Source: an uncultured Acidobacteriota bacterium (lineage in GTDB: Bacteria > Acidobacteriota > Terriglobia > UBA7540). Taken from it: DNA of 64,000 nt. The stretch spans positions 960,001 to 1,024,000 of the forward strand of contig CAWDSK010000006.1 of the NCBI GenBank assembly GCA_963804995.1. Reading direction: 5' to 3'. Numbering within the stretch: position 1 is the stretch's first letter; every line of letters starts with the position of its first letter. Below, in pieces: positions 45,737 to 55,669 of this stretch. The notes beneath the pieces were generated by a model. That model was not told the origin of the DNA and did not search any database. It worked only from the letters and a program-made list of their open reading frames with translations. Made by a program: the position numbers and the translations under genes.

Positions 45737-47116
45737 TTATGCATCAGCGGCGTGGGTGAGGGCGCGGTCGGTGAGTTGGAAGCCCAGAGATTGGGGACAT
45801 TCCGGGTGGTCGACCATTTCTTGGTGCAGCAGGGTGACGAGGTCGAGGCAGGAAGGGCGGTGGGCCTTGCGTCGCCACCGGGGCAGAGCCTGATAGGCCG
45901 TGCCACGCTCGGTGCCGAAGGCTTGGAGAGAAGCCAGGAGCAGCGCGCTGTAGGCGGCCACGACCAGGGCAGGTTGCTTGGGCACGGCGTTAACGTTCCA
46001 TAACTGGGCTTGTCCGACACCCAGCGTCTCCTTCTCGTCGCGGTGGTTGACTTCGATCTGCCAGCGGTCGAAGTAGATTTGCAGCAACTGAGGGGCAGAG
46101 TGCCGCAGGTCGGTGGTCAGCAGGTAGGCCGGTTGACGGTAGTAGAGTCTGGAGCTCTTCCGTTTGCGATAGGGGGTAGGAGCCACGACGAAGAGCCGCA
46201 GGGGGATCTGGCCGGCGCCCCGACGCCAGTAGACTTGCGACACCTCTTTATAACGGAGGCGGCGGCGCTTGCCTCCGTAGAAGAGCTTGGTTTGCTGCCA
46301 GAGGTGGGACTCGTCCTGCCGGACCTGTTCGGGGGTAAAGGTGGAGAGGGCGTAAAAGCGGCGAGAAGGCTGGGGAGCGCGAAAGCCGAGGCGCGCATCC
46401 TTGCGGGCGCGGGCGATCAACTCGGTGCGATCGCGGGGGGCGCGCAGACAGGTGCGGTTGCAGAAGCTGCCATCCAGAGCCAGCACCAGCAGCTTGGCCC
46501 CACCCCCGGCCGCATCCAGCGCCTGGCGCAAGGGGGCCACGCTCTGCACAAAACGCTGCGAGAGGTTGTGGAGCTTGCGCATCCTTTTATATTCCTGCCA
46601 GGCTTCCTCTTTCGCCTTGCGGGAGGGCTTTTTCAGCGGCGCCGCCTCTTCAAAGCGCACGGGCAGAGCGCGGCAGCTGGCGGGGGCGTGCCGATGCAGG
46701 GGCAGCAGCAGGGAAGCTTGCAGAAAGCGCACGCCGCGCAGGAGGTTGACATGAAAGGGGGGCGAGAGGGGATCGCGGTGATAACGCGCCTGGGGAATGG
46801 CGCGGCCGGTCTTGCGCAGGCGGGTGTCGTCGACGGCCACGCCCACCAGGCGGCCGGGACAATAGGGCAAGGCGCGGCGCCAGACGCCGGCAAACAACGT
46901 CTGCGGTTCCCAGTGACAACGCGAGTGGAGAAAGTATTCGCTCGACCAACTGCGCTGCTGGCGGCCCTGGGTCCAGAGGATACGCGAAAGACAGCGTCGA
47001 CCCACGCAGACCAAGGCGCCCAGGGCCTGGCGCACGGCGCGCTGCAGGGTGCGCTGCTGGGGAAAAGTGGGGGCCCAGTCCGCCACGATCTCCGACCAGG
47101 CGGCGAACAGAGTCAT
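45737..47116 (-). CDS. DDE transposase (DDE_5/IS701-like)
   Basis: VAVDDT, LALDGSF and YFDRWQIEVNHRDEK catalytic motifs. Confidence 0.88.
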   Translation of the reverse strand: MTLFAAWSEIVADWAPTFPQQRTLQRAVRQALGALVCVGRRCLSRILWTQGRQQRSWSSEYFLHSRCHWEPQTLFAGVWRRALPYCPGRLVGVAVDDTRLRKTGRAIPQARYHRDPLSPPFHVNLLRGVRFLQASLLLPLHRHAPASCRALPVRFEEAAPLKKPSRKAKEEAWQEYKRMRKLHNLSQRFVQSVAPLRQALDAAGGGAKLLVLALDGSFCNRTCLRAPRDRTELIARARKDARLGFRAPQPSRRFYALSTFTPEQVRQDESHLWQQTKLFYGGKRRRLRYKEVSQVYWRRGAGQIPLRLFVVAPTPYRKRKSSRLYYRQPAYLLTTDLRHSAPQLLQIYFDRWQIEVNHRDEKETLGVGQAQLWNVNAVPKQPALVVAAYSALLLASLQAFGTERGTAYQALPRWRRKAHRPSCLDLVTLLHQEMVDHPECPQSLGFQLTDRALTHAADA

Positions 47117-47448
47117 CGGGCCTCCGGACGTAAGCCGAAAGTGTTCTTCCCGGTACGCAGGAAGCGATCGCCGCGGGCGACTTTTTTGGTCAGCGAAGAG
47201 ACCAGGCTCTCGCGATCGACGGTGACGTGGAAGGCGGCGCGGAGGTGCGCCAGGAGTTCGGAAATGTGCAAGGGGGTACGGGCCTTCTTGAGTATGTCGT
47301 ACGCCATGTCCACTTGGGACAGACCTGTGCGGCGCGGCCTCGGGGCGGGGGCTGGGGAACCGCCGCGGAGACGGCGAACCGCCCGCAACTGGGCATCCAG
47401 TGAGGCCTCGAATATCGAAAGAATGGAATCCTTGAGATCGTCAGGCAA
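47113..47448 (-). CDS. Winged-helix (HARE-HTH-like) accessory protein inside the IS
   Basis: AYDILKKARTPLHISEL..FLRTGKNTFGL; 4-bp overlap with the transposase start; GGAGG RBS. Confidence 0.75.
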   Translation of the reverse strand: MPDDLKDSILSIFEASLDAQLRAVRRLRGGSPAPAPRPRRTGLSQVDMAYDILKKARTPLHISELLAHLRAAFHVTVDRESLVSSLTKKVARGDRFLRTGKNTFGLRPEAR

Positions 47449-47652
47449 GTTAACCTCCGGAGCCAGGACTCAGGAGGAAGGTAACGGAAATCAGGTCGGT
47501 CTGTCAATAGAAATCTTACTTTGCCAGACCTAAATGTAGAAACTCCAGGCGCAGAGCGAAGCTCTGCGTTGTTGTGCGCAAGGTGGGGAGGCTCAGAGAC
47601 GTGAGTCGCAGAGCTGTGCTCTGCGCCACCCGGCCAGCCGCATCCAATTTCA

Positions 47653-47980
47653 TGAGCCCCAAAGGGGCGAAATAACAAAGCCCAGGCCAACGGCCGGGTT
47701 TAGATTATCCGCCGATTTTCCCCCAGCCCTGAAAGGGCGAGATACGCGTTTCCCCATGCCGCAATCGCTTTCCCCACTCTACGTAACACAACAAGAAACC
47801 CACCACCGCGTGGTCAGCGGAATTCCGGAAGCTGCTGGACGCGCACGGAATCGCCTACGACGAACGGTACGTGGGGGATTGAAAAGGATTGTTCCACCCC
47901 TTCAGGGCTCGGGTATCGGTTTGGGTCCCGCTGACCCAGGCCGTTGGCCGGGCTTCGTTAGTTCGCCCCTTTGGGGCTCA
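47653..47980 (+). mobile_element. Internally deleted IS200/RAYT-like tnpA remnant with palindromic inverted ends
   Basis: MPQSLS start at 47756 joined to a C-terminal EFRKLLDAHGIAYDERYV fragment; about 40-bp imperfect inverted ends containing GCCCCAAAGGGGC, with inner GCCCTGAAAGGGC-type hairpins. Confidence 0.7.
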
Positions 47981-48327
47981 AAAACCTGGGCTTCGTTAGA
48001 TCGGTTCCCTCCCCTCGGAGAGGGCGGTTACTCAAGGTAAGGTGCGGCGCCGTAGCCACCCTGAGATCATAGCCTTCTCCCCAGGGGAGTCCGATTGCTG
48101 GACCCCGATGGGGTCCATCGGAACCCAGACATCGGGGAAGGTGGCCGGCTGGCGCAGGGCGAGCGCAGCCCTGCGATTGTAGTGCGGTCTGATGACGTGA
48201 ATCGCAGAGCTGCGCTCTGATGTTATGAAAGCGGCGATGCCTCCTCGGGTGCCGCTAAACTGGAGGTGGTCCAGTTTAGCGGGCCCTCGGGTTCAGACCG
48301 AGAGTTTTGCATCGAGGAGACAAAGCG

Positions 48328-49429
48328 ATGAAGAAGAGTATAACGCCCATTGGAACGCCGGTGGGAGTGGATGTTCACAAGCGTCGTTGCAAGGTGGTGG
48401 AGCTTGATCACGGAGAGATTAAGGCACGGAAGTCGATGGCCAACACGCGGGAGGAGTGGCTGGAGATGTTGACGGAACTTCCTCCCGACGCCGAGATCGG
48501 CCTGGAGGTGAGCACGGCAGGCTACTTTGCCATGAGCGTGCTGGAAGAGGCGGGGTGGCGAGAGCGCGCGCACTGGGTGCACACGGCGGGGATCGACAGC
48601 AACCGCCGGCAGAAGAATGATCGTTTAGATGCCGAGCGGCTGGCGCGCAAGCTGGCCGCGCACCATCTGGATCCGCTGCCGGAGGCGTGGTTTCCGCCGC
48701 CGGAGATTCGCGCCCTGCGTCTGCGCGCACGCCAGCGCTGCTGGTTGGCCCTGCTGCGCACGCAAAGCCAAGAATCACCTGCAAAGCTTGCTGGGGATGC
48801 ATGGCTTGCAGGCGCCGGGGACCGACCCGTTCGGAGCGGCCGGGGAGAAGTGGCTGGCGGAACAGACCTTGCCGATGCCCTTGGCCGAAAGTATCCCTCA
48901 GATCCAACGCCTGCTGCAGTTCCTGGAGGAGGAGATCGAAATCAGCGAGAAGTACTTGCAGGCGGTGGACGGACAATTCCCCGAGTTGGCGCTGCTGCGC
49001 ACAATCCCCGGCATCGGCCCCATCCTGTCCCCGGTGATTTGGAGTGAGATCGGCACGATCGAGCGGTTTCGTTCCGCCAAGGCCTTGGCCAACGATACGG
49101 GGCTGGTCTCCAGCTTTTACGACAGCGGGGAAGTGAAGGTGTCGGGTCCCATCACCCGCCAGGGATCGCGCTGGCTGCGCTGGGCCTTCGTCACCGCCGC
49201 CAATGTCGCCATTCAATACCGCAATCCTTTCGCGCGGCGCTACCACCGCCTGCGCCGCAGCAAGAAACCCAACGTGGCCAAGGCCGCCATCGCGCACTCC
49301 TTGGCGCGTTGTGCGTATGGAGTTTTGAAGCACGGCTGCCCTTATCGGGAAGACCGTTGGGGCCGCCAAGTCGGCGTACTGGAGCAGGAAGCCCGTGCTG
49401 GCGCTAGGTACACCAAGACCGCGCTCTGA
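48328..49429 (+). CDS. IS110 DEDD recombinase/transposase (frameshift near 48766)
   Basis: GVDVHK, GLEVST and KNDRLDA catalytic residues; TIPGIG, GLVSSFYDSG and GSRWLRWA motifs. Confidence 0.92.
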
Positions 49430-49500
49430 TAGGGACCTGCTCCCGAACAACCTCATGGGGACCAGGGCAACCTGGCTAGCCCGTAGAGATGAAAGGGACC
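49390..49500 (+). ncRNA. Putative bridge/seek RNA (target- and donor-binding loops)
   Basis: Guides 49397-49404 and 49421-49428 match the target flanks; 49449-49456 and 49485-49492 match the circle junction. Each pair lies in a stem-flanked internal loop. Confidence 0.75.
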
Positions 49501-50091
49501 GAACCGACTCGGCAAACTCGCATGGCAAGAGCAAGAACCCAACGCCCACGGGGCCGTGCTTCATCCCCGGCAGGCGGCGGGGAGCCAACCCTTCCCGCCC
49601 CCCGGGCTCTACATAAAGGAGGAACGACTATAACTTGGAATAATCCTATGAGATAATACGTACAGAATGGCAGCCGACGGCGAAGTCGGCAACCCGCCAC
49701 TTTGCCGAAGGGGTACGGCGCGTTTTTCAGGCATGGGGAAGCTGTGCCCAGAGCTTAGGAGGGGGGCGACCGCAGGCCGCCCCGGCATCGTTTCCATCAG
49801 CCTCCGACCGGCTATTCCTCAGCGGGTTGCTCGCCAGCAGAGCCCGCCTCCGCTTCACCGGCTGCAGGCCATTCTGAAGTCGAAGGGAGAAGTTTGTCAA
49901 AGGCGAATAAGAAATTCAAAAAATCGGCTTGACACGGCATCGCGGTTTCAGAGATGCGCCAGCCGGCCAAAAGAGAGGGCAGAGAACCACGGTCGGTAGG
50001 CTTCAAAAAAGAGTGGGTCAAGGAAGGGTCAAGGACAGGGTCAAGGAAGTCGCAAGCCATAAATGAGAGCTTGTGGTAATATGCGCCGGTC

Positions 50092-50682
50092 ATGGGACTT
50101 AAAAGCATTCCCCAGGAAGTCCGCGACAGATTTCGCATTGAGGAACGCGGACACGCTTCTGCCATCCTCGCGAGCGATTACCCGAACGAGTTTAAGGACC
50201 TCGTGGAGTGTCTCGGTGCGTTCTCTTTGAAGCGCAGCCATATCATGAACCCAGGTGGGGGAAGATCACAGATTCCAGAGATGATTGACGGATTTCTTCG
50301 CGAGCGGGGGTGGGGAGAGAAATCGTTCGATATTGCGATCACCGTGGACGGCAGACCAGTTCCGATCCCGACTCACAAGATCGACAATTTCAAAAATGAG
50401 GTGGGGGTGGAAGTGGAGTGGAACAACAAGACAGAGTTTTACGACCGCGACCTTAATAACTTCCGGCTACTGAAAGAACTTCGGGTGCTTGCGGTTGGGG
50501 TCATCATCACCCGATTGAGCGAGTTGAGGACATTGTTTACGCAGCTTGGAGAGTGGCACAAATACGGAACGACATCGACGCATTGGGACAAACTCATACC
50601 GAAGGTAGATGGAGGCGGCGCTGGGGGCTGCCCGCTTCTACTGGTGGGGATTGGAGAGGCTTGTTACGATCCCCATTCGTAG
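50092..50682 (+). CDS. BglII/BstYI family restriction endonuclease
   Basis: THKIDNFK..GVEVEWNNKTEFYDRDL (D..ExE active site). Confidence 0.8.
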   Translation: MGLKSIPQEVRDRFRIEERGHASAILASDYPNEFKDLVECLGAFSLKRSHIMNPGGGRSQIPEMIDGFLRERGWGEKSFDIAITVDGRPVPIPTHKIDNFKNEVGVEVEWNNKTEFYDRDLNNFRLLKELRVLAVGVIITRLSELRTLFTQLGEWHKYGTTSTHWDKLIPKVDGGGAGGCPLLLVGIGEACYDPHS

Positions 50683-51271
50683 CCCACGCATACGCCTTGT
50701 ACGGAGGAGGCTCGTAACTATCCAATTCGTCACCCCATTGGGTCCAGCCGCGCACCCGGCAGCGACCGAAAAGCTCACAATACGGTCCAGGGCTGCAACG
50801 CTCGATGATGTCGTAAAGCGCTTCTGGTTTCTTGGAGTGCTCCTGCTTTCGAGTGACGATAACGTTGACCTGGCTTCTCCCTGGCGCGAGCGTCCGCATA
50901 CGGCCCTTGATGCCGAATAGAACCAACTCGGTCACGTTGCGGAAGTAGAATCCGACGCCGCGGCCGTCCGGCCCTCCATCCTTACGGACTTTGTACCAAA
51001 CGATGTTCGTCTTGTACGTGAATCCCCACGCCTTCATAATGCCAAGGGCCTCGGCCACAAGCGCGTTGGGGCACCACAGATAAAGGTGGCTCTTTTCAGC
51101 GGCGATTTTACCGACTGGCAGGGCAGCAATCTCCTCGAAAGAAAGCGTCTCGTAGCGATGAAGCCGCTTATGCTCCGGGGCCATCTTTCCCGTACGGTTG
51201 GCGAAACGCCAAGGAGGATCAATCAGGATCGTACCGTATTTGCCCTGCACAGCCTCTAAAAGGCTTTGCAC
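50594..51271 (-). CDS. MT-A70 family N6-adenine methyltransferase
   Basis: ILIDPPW, HLYLW, WGFTYKT, HSKKPE and ELFGR..WGDE motifs. Confidence 0.9.
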   Translation of the reverse strand: MQSLLEAVQGKYGTILIDPPWRFANRTGKMAPEHKRLHRYETLSFEEIAALPVGKIAAEKSHLYLWCPNALVAEALGIMKAWGFTYKTNIVWYKVRKDGGPDGRGVGFYFRNVTELVLFGIKGRMRTLAPGRSQVNVIVTRKQEHSKKPEALYDIIERCSPGPYCELFGRCRVRGWTQWGDELDSYEPPPYKAYAWATNGDRNKPLQSPPVEAGSPQRRLHLPSV

Positions 51272-51394
51272 TTCTTCTCCCCCTAAAAAGTTTCGCCGCT
51301 ATCCCTAACTCGGCTGGAGAATATTCGATCTCGTTGAGTTCGTCAAGAAAAAAGCGCAACCTGTTGTGTTCAATCACTGTAATTCATACAACAT

Positions 51395-51826
51395 CTAGGG
51401 CCTTAGGACGTTCAATTCAATACTGCGGGGGACTATCCCTTCCGCCTTAAACTGCTTGAAAGTGTGGGTAGCTAGAATCACGATTGCATCATAGCCTTTC
51501 GCAAGTGCCGCCTTTTTCATTCTTGCATCAAGCGCCAAGCGCATCTCTAGGGTGCGCGGATGCCCATCAGGAATCCTAACGGTCTTTCCGAATAGGACTC
51601 TATGGATGGAGAACTCATCGCCCACAATCGGATTCTGAACCTTCACGCGGCCGGGTGTATCTAGCGGACGGCCATAGAATTCGCATTCTGCAAAGCTTGA
51701 TGCGTAGAATTTTCCGCGCTTGGAATAAGCCTCCGAGTCAAGAGGGGGACAATGCCACCAAGCCTTTCTATTGATGTGCGAGATCATTTTTTGGACAAAC
51801 TCTTTCTTGATCCGTTTCATCAACAA
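51395..51826 (-). CDS. Hypothetical protein, possible ADP-ribosyltransferase-like fold
   Basis: WWH..GKFYASSFAECEFYG..VQNP..KGYDAIV..SIE pattern; fold is an inference. Confidence 0.45.
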   Translation of the reverse strand: MLMKRIKKEFVQKMISHINRKAWWHCPPLDSEAYSKRGKFYASSFAECEFYGRPLDTPGRVKVQNPIVGDEFSIHRVLFGKTVRIPDGHPRTLEMRLALDARMKKAALAKGYDAIVILATHTFKQFKAEGIVPRSIELNVLRP

Positions 51827-51927
51827 CCCTCAGAGTGTCTATCGGCGAAGAATGGTATCGGCATGAGCAAAAAATCGCAAGAGGGTCTTTCAAGTGATTT
51901 TAGGACACTACCACCTTCGGCATTTCG

Positions 51928-51957
51928 TTGACAGTTTTGGCTTGTGGTTCGTATAAT
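51928..51957 (+). promoter_or_regulatory. Sigma70 promoter of the rplU operon
   Basis: TTGACA-18 bp-TATAAT, perfect consensus hexamers. Confidence 0.85.
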
Positions 51958-51990
51958 GGTTGTTTTCGGGAAACAGGAGAAAGAGAATCT

Positions 51991-52302
51991 ATGTACGCCA
52001 TCTTCCGCTCCGGCGGGAAACAATACAAAGTCTCACCGGGTGACGTTGTGCGCGTGGAGCGCGTGGCGGGTGACCCGGGCTCGACCATCGAATTCAATCA
52101 CGTGTTGGGCGTGCGCAAGGAGAAGCTCACCCTGGGCGCGCCGCTCGTTGAGAACGCCAAGGTGAAAGGGACGATCCTGCGCAACGATCGCGACGCCAAG
52201 GTGCGGGTGCTGAAATTCAAACGCAAGAAGCAATACCGGCGCACGCGGGGACATCGTCAATCTTTCAGCGAGATACTGATTCAAGACATCGTCGCAGGGT
52301 AG
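51991..52302 (+). CDS. rplU: 50S ribosomal protein L21
   Basis: MYAIFRSGGKQYKV..GHRQ. Confidence 0.97.
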   Translation: MYAIFRSGGKQYKVSPGDVVRVERVAGDPGSTIEFNHVLGVRKEKLTLGAPLVENAKVKGTILRNDRDAKVRVLKFKRKKQYRRTRGHRQSFSEILIQDIVAG

Positions 52303-52332
52303 CATCGCCCTCGCATCCAAAGGAATTCTGTT

Positions 52333-52596
52333 ATGGCACACAAGAAAGGTCAGGGAACTTCCCGCAACGGCCGCGATTCCAACGCCCAGCGCTTGGGTGT
52401 GAAGCGGTTTGACGGCCAGTTCGTGTCCGGAGGCTCCATCCTGGTTCGCCAGCGCGGCACGCCTTTGAAGGCCGGTAATAACGTGGGCCTCGCCAAAGAC
52501 GATTCGCTGTACGCCAAAGTCTCGGGCGTAGTTCGCTTCGAAGATAAGGGCCGTTCGGGCCGCTTCGTCAGCATCCTAGTCCCATCAACGAATTGA
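52333..52596 (+). CDS. rpmA: 50S ribosomal protein L27
   Basis: [24 protein letters not shown]. Confidence 0.98.
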   Translation: MAHKKGQGTSRNGRDSNAQRLGVKRFDGQFVSGGSILVRQRGTPLKAGNNVGLAKDDSLYAKVSGVVRFEDKGRSGRFVSILVPSTN

Positions 52597-53791
<1,195 letters not shown>

Positions 53792-53896
53792 ACAACTTCG
53801 ACCTGGTTTGTTGCTTGTTCACCCGGTCACAAAATCACCCAATGACCCGATGGGTTTGCTCACCCGATCACTCGATTTTCCGATCATCCGATTCTC

Positions 53897-54574
53897 ATGA
53901 ACATCGCACTCTACGGTGGAACGTTTGATCCCTTGCACGCCGGGCATCTGGCGGCGGCGCGCGCGGCCCGGCGACGCTTCGGACTCGACAGAATCCTTTT
54001 CATTCCGACCGGGAACCCACCGCACAAGATTCACGATCACCTTACGGATTACGCGCAGCGTTTTGCGATGGTGGCACTGGCCTGCGCCGGGGAACCGGCC
54101 TTTATTCCTTCGACGATTGAAACGCCCACCCCCAACGGCTCACCGCGCTATTCCATTGATACCGTGCGGACCGTACGGCGCAGGCTGCGGGGGCACGACC
54201 GCCTCTATTTTTTGCTGGGTGTGGATGCTTTCCTGGATCTGCCCCTCTGGAAGGAATTCCGCCGCTTGCTCGACTCCGTGGAGTTTATCGTGGTATCGCG
54301 ACCCGGCTTCGATGCCGGCGCGATTCGCAAGGTGGCGCCGCCTGACCTGCTGCCGGCGCGGCGGCTTCGGGAAAAAGCGGACACCCTCCGACTTCGCCAC
54401 GGCGCCATCCACCTTCTGCGCGGCGTGGATGCGCCCGTCGCCTCGCGTGACATTCGCCAGGCCGTCCGGGCGCGACAGCCGATCACTGGCCTTGTTCCGC
54501 CGCTTGTGGAAGAATACATCTTGAAGGAAGGTTTGTACCGTCCCGGCCCAGCCGGGAGACGTTCAGAACGATGA
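53897..54574 (+). CDS. nadD: Nicotinate-nucleotide adenylyltransferase
   Basis: GGTFDPLHAGH, PPHK and ASRDIR motifs. Confidence 0.95.
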   Translation: MNIALYGGTFDPLHAGHLAAARAARRRFGLDRILFIPTGNPPHKIHDHLTDYAQRFAMVALACAGEPAFIPSTIETPTPNGSPRYSIDTVRTVRRRLRGHDRLYFLLGVDAFLDLPLWKEFRRLLDSVEFIVVSRPGFDAGAIRKVAPPDLLPARRLREKADTLRLRHGAIHLLRGVDAPVASRDIRQAVRARQPITGLVPPLVEEYILKEGLYRPGPAGRRSER

Positions 54575-54912
54575 CCCCTTACCTACGCGAAGCGGTCCAT
54601 GCCGCCCAGGATCGAAAAGCGCTGGACTTGCGCGTCTTGGACCTGGAAGGAAGCAACTCCTTCACCAGCTACTTCCTGATTTGTAGCGGCACCTCCACAC
54701 GCCATACCCAGGCAATTTGTGACGGCATCCTGGAGAGGCTCAAGAAATCCGGGCACGCGCCCACTCACGTGGAAGGCTACGCGCAGGCTGAGTGGATTCT
54801 GATCGATTACCTCAATTTCATCGTTCATATTTTTTCCGAGCGCGCGCGGAACTTCTACGACCTGGAACGCCTCTGGAAGAATGCGCCGAGGCTGCAGGTG
54901 CCGGAAGGCTAA
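54571..54912 (+). CDS. rsfS: Ribosome silencing factor
   Basis: DRKALD, YFLICSG, WILIDY and RNFYDLERLW motifs. Confidence 0.95.
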   Translation: MTPYLREAVHAAQDRKALDLRVLDLEGSNSFTSYFLICSGTSTRHTQAICDGILERLKKSGHAPTHVEGYAQAEWILIDYLNFIVHIFSERARNFYDLERLWKNAPRLQVPEG

Positions 54913-54922
54913 GGCAAGGAGA

Positions 54923-55113
54923 GGATCGGCCCATCGGTTCATCGGGTCATCGGGCCATCGGTTCATCGGGCCATTGAGCGATTTGGTGATTCTGAGGTTG
55001 ATTGATTGAGTTACAACCAGAAATTCCTCTGGTCTTCAATCACTCCATCACTAAATCGCAAAATCACGAGATGACCCGATGAGCCGATGAACCGATGGCC
55101 CGATGACCCGATT
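54923..55113. repeat. Inverted octamer repeat arms without ORF
   Basis: (nCATCGGn)n followed by (CCGATGnn)n. Confidence 0.85.
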
Positions 55114-55119
55114 CTAACC

Positions 55120-55583
55120 ATGCGCATCAAAATTCTCTGGGAAGGTAAAACCAAAGACTCGCACTTGCGGGCGCTCCAGCAGGACCTGGCAGGCCGTATC
55201 GAACATTTCACAGGCTTGGTTTTGGAGGAACTTCCGCCCCTGCGCGGCTCAAGCAAGGCCCGGAAAGCAGGATTGACCTCCGCCGAGCGCGCGCTGCTCG
55301 AAAAGCTGCGCGGGGCAACCAAAGTCCTGCTCGACGAGCGGGGGCGCGAGCGGACCTCCGAGGAGTTTGCAGAGTGGCTTGGCGAGCAAGCTTTGCGGGG
55401 CACGCGCGAGCTGGTATTTTTGGTCGGAGGGCCGGACGGCTTCTCCGCGGCGTTTCGCCAGGAGGCCGATGTTCTGCTGGCGCTCTCGCGCATGACCCTG
55501 ACACACGACTGGGCGCGGACCCTATTGTCGAGGAGATCTATCGCGGCTTCACAATATTGCGCGGTTACCCTTACCCCCGGTAG
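55120..55583 (+). CDS. rlmH: 23S rRNA pseudouridine-1915 methyltransferase (frameshift near 55528)
   Basis: LLDERG..SEEFA, FLVGGPDG, LALSRMTLTH and, in the second frame, IYRGFTILRGYPY. Confidence 0.9.
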
Positions 55584-55669
55584 GAGAATCTGTCCATCGA
55601 TTCATCGGCTCATCGGTCCATCGGTATTTGGGACATCATTACTCTTATATCAAGCTCGTCGGAAATGGG

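Larger units (their letters stand above)
45719..47548 (-). mobile_element. Two-ORF DDE insertion sequence (IS701/IS4-superfamily-like), 1830 bp
   Basis: Perfect 18-bp TIRs CTGGAGTTTCTACATTTA (45719-45736; inverted at 47531-47548) and 21-bp flanking direct repeats (45698-45718, 47549-47569). Confidence 0.93.
48220..49956 (+). mobile_element. IS110 family element, IS1111-type, inserted in a REP
   Basis: Removing the element restores gctcTGcgccagccggcc, whose end is the inverse of 48143-48156. TG core at both junctions; imperfect subterminal IRs at 48226-48241 and 49936-49950; long 3' non-coding region. Confidence 0.88.

Noticed and set aside
46010..47533. 507-aa plus-strand ORF (likewise 48419-49588 on the minus strand)
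   Set aside because: Antisense shadows of the transposases with no recognisable motifs.
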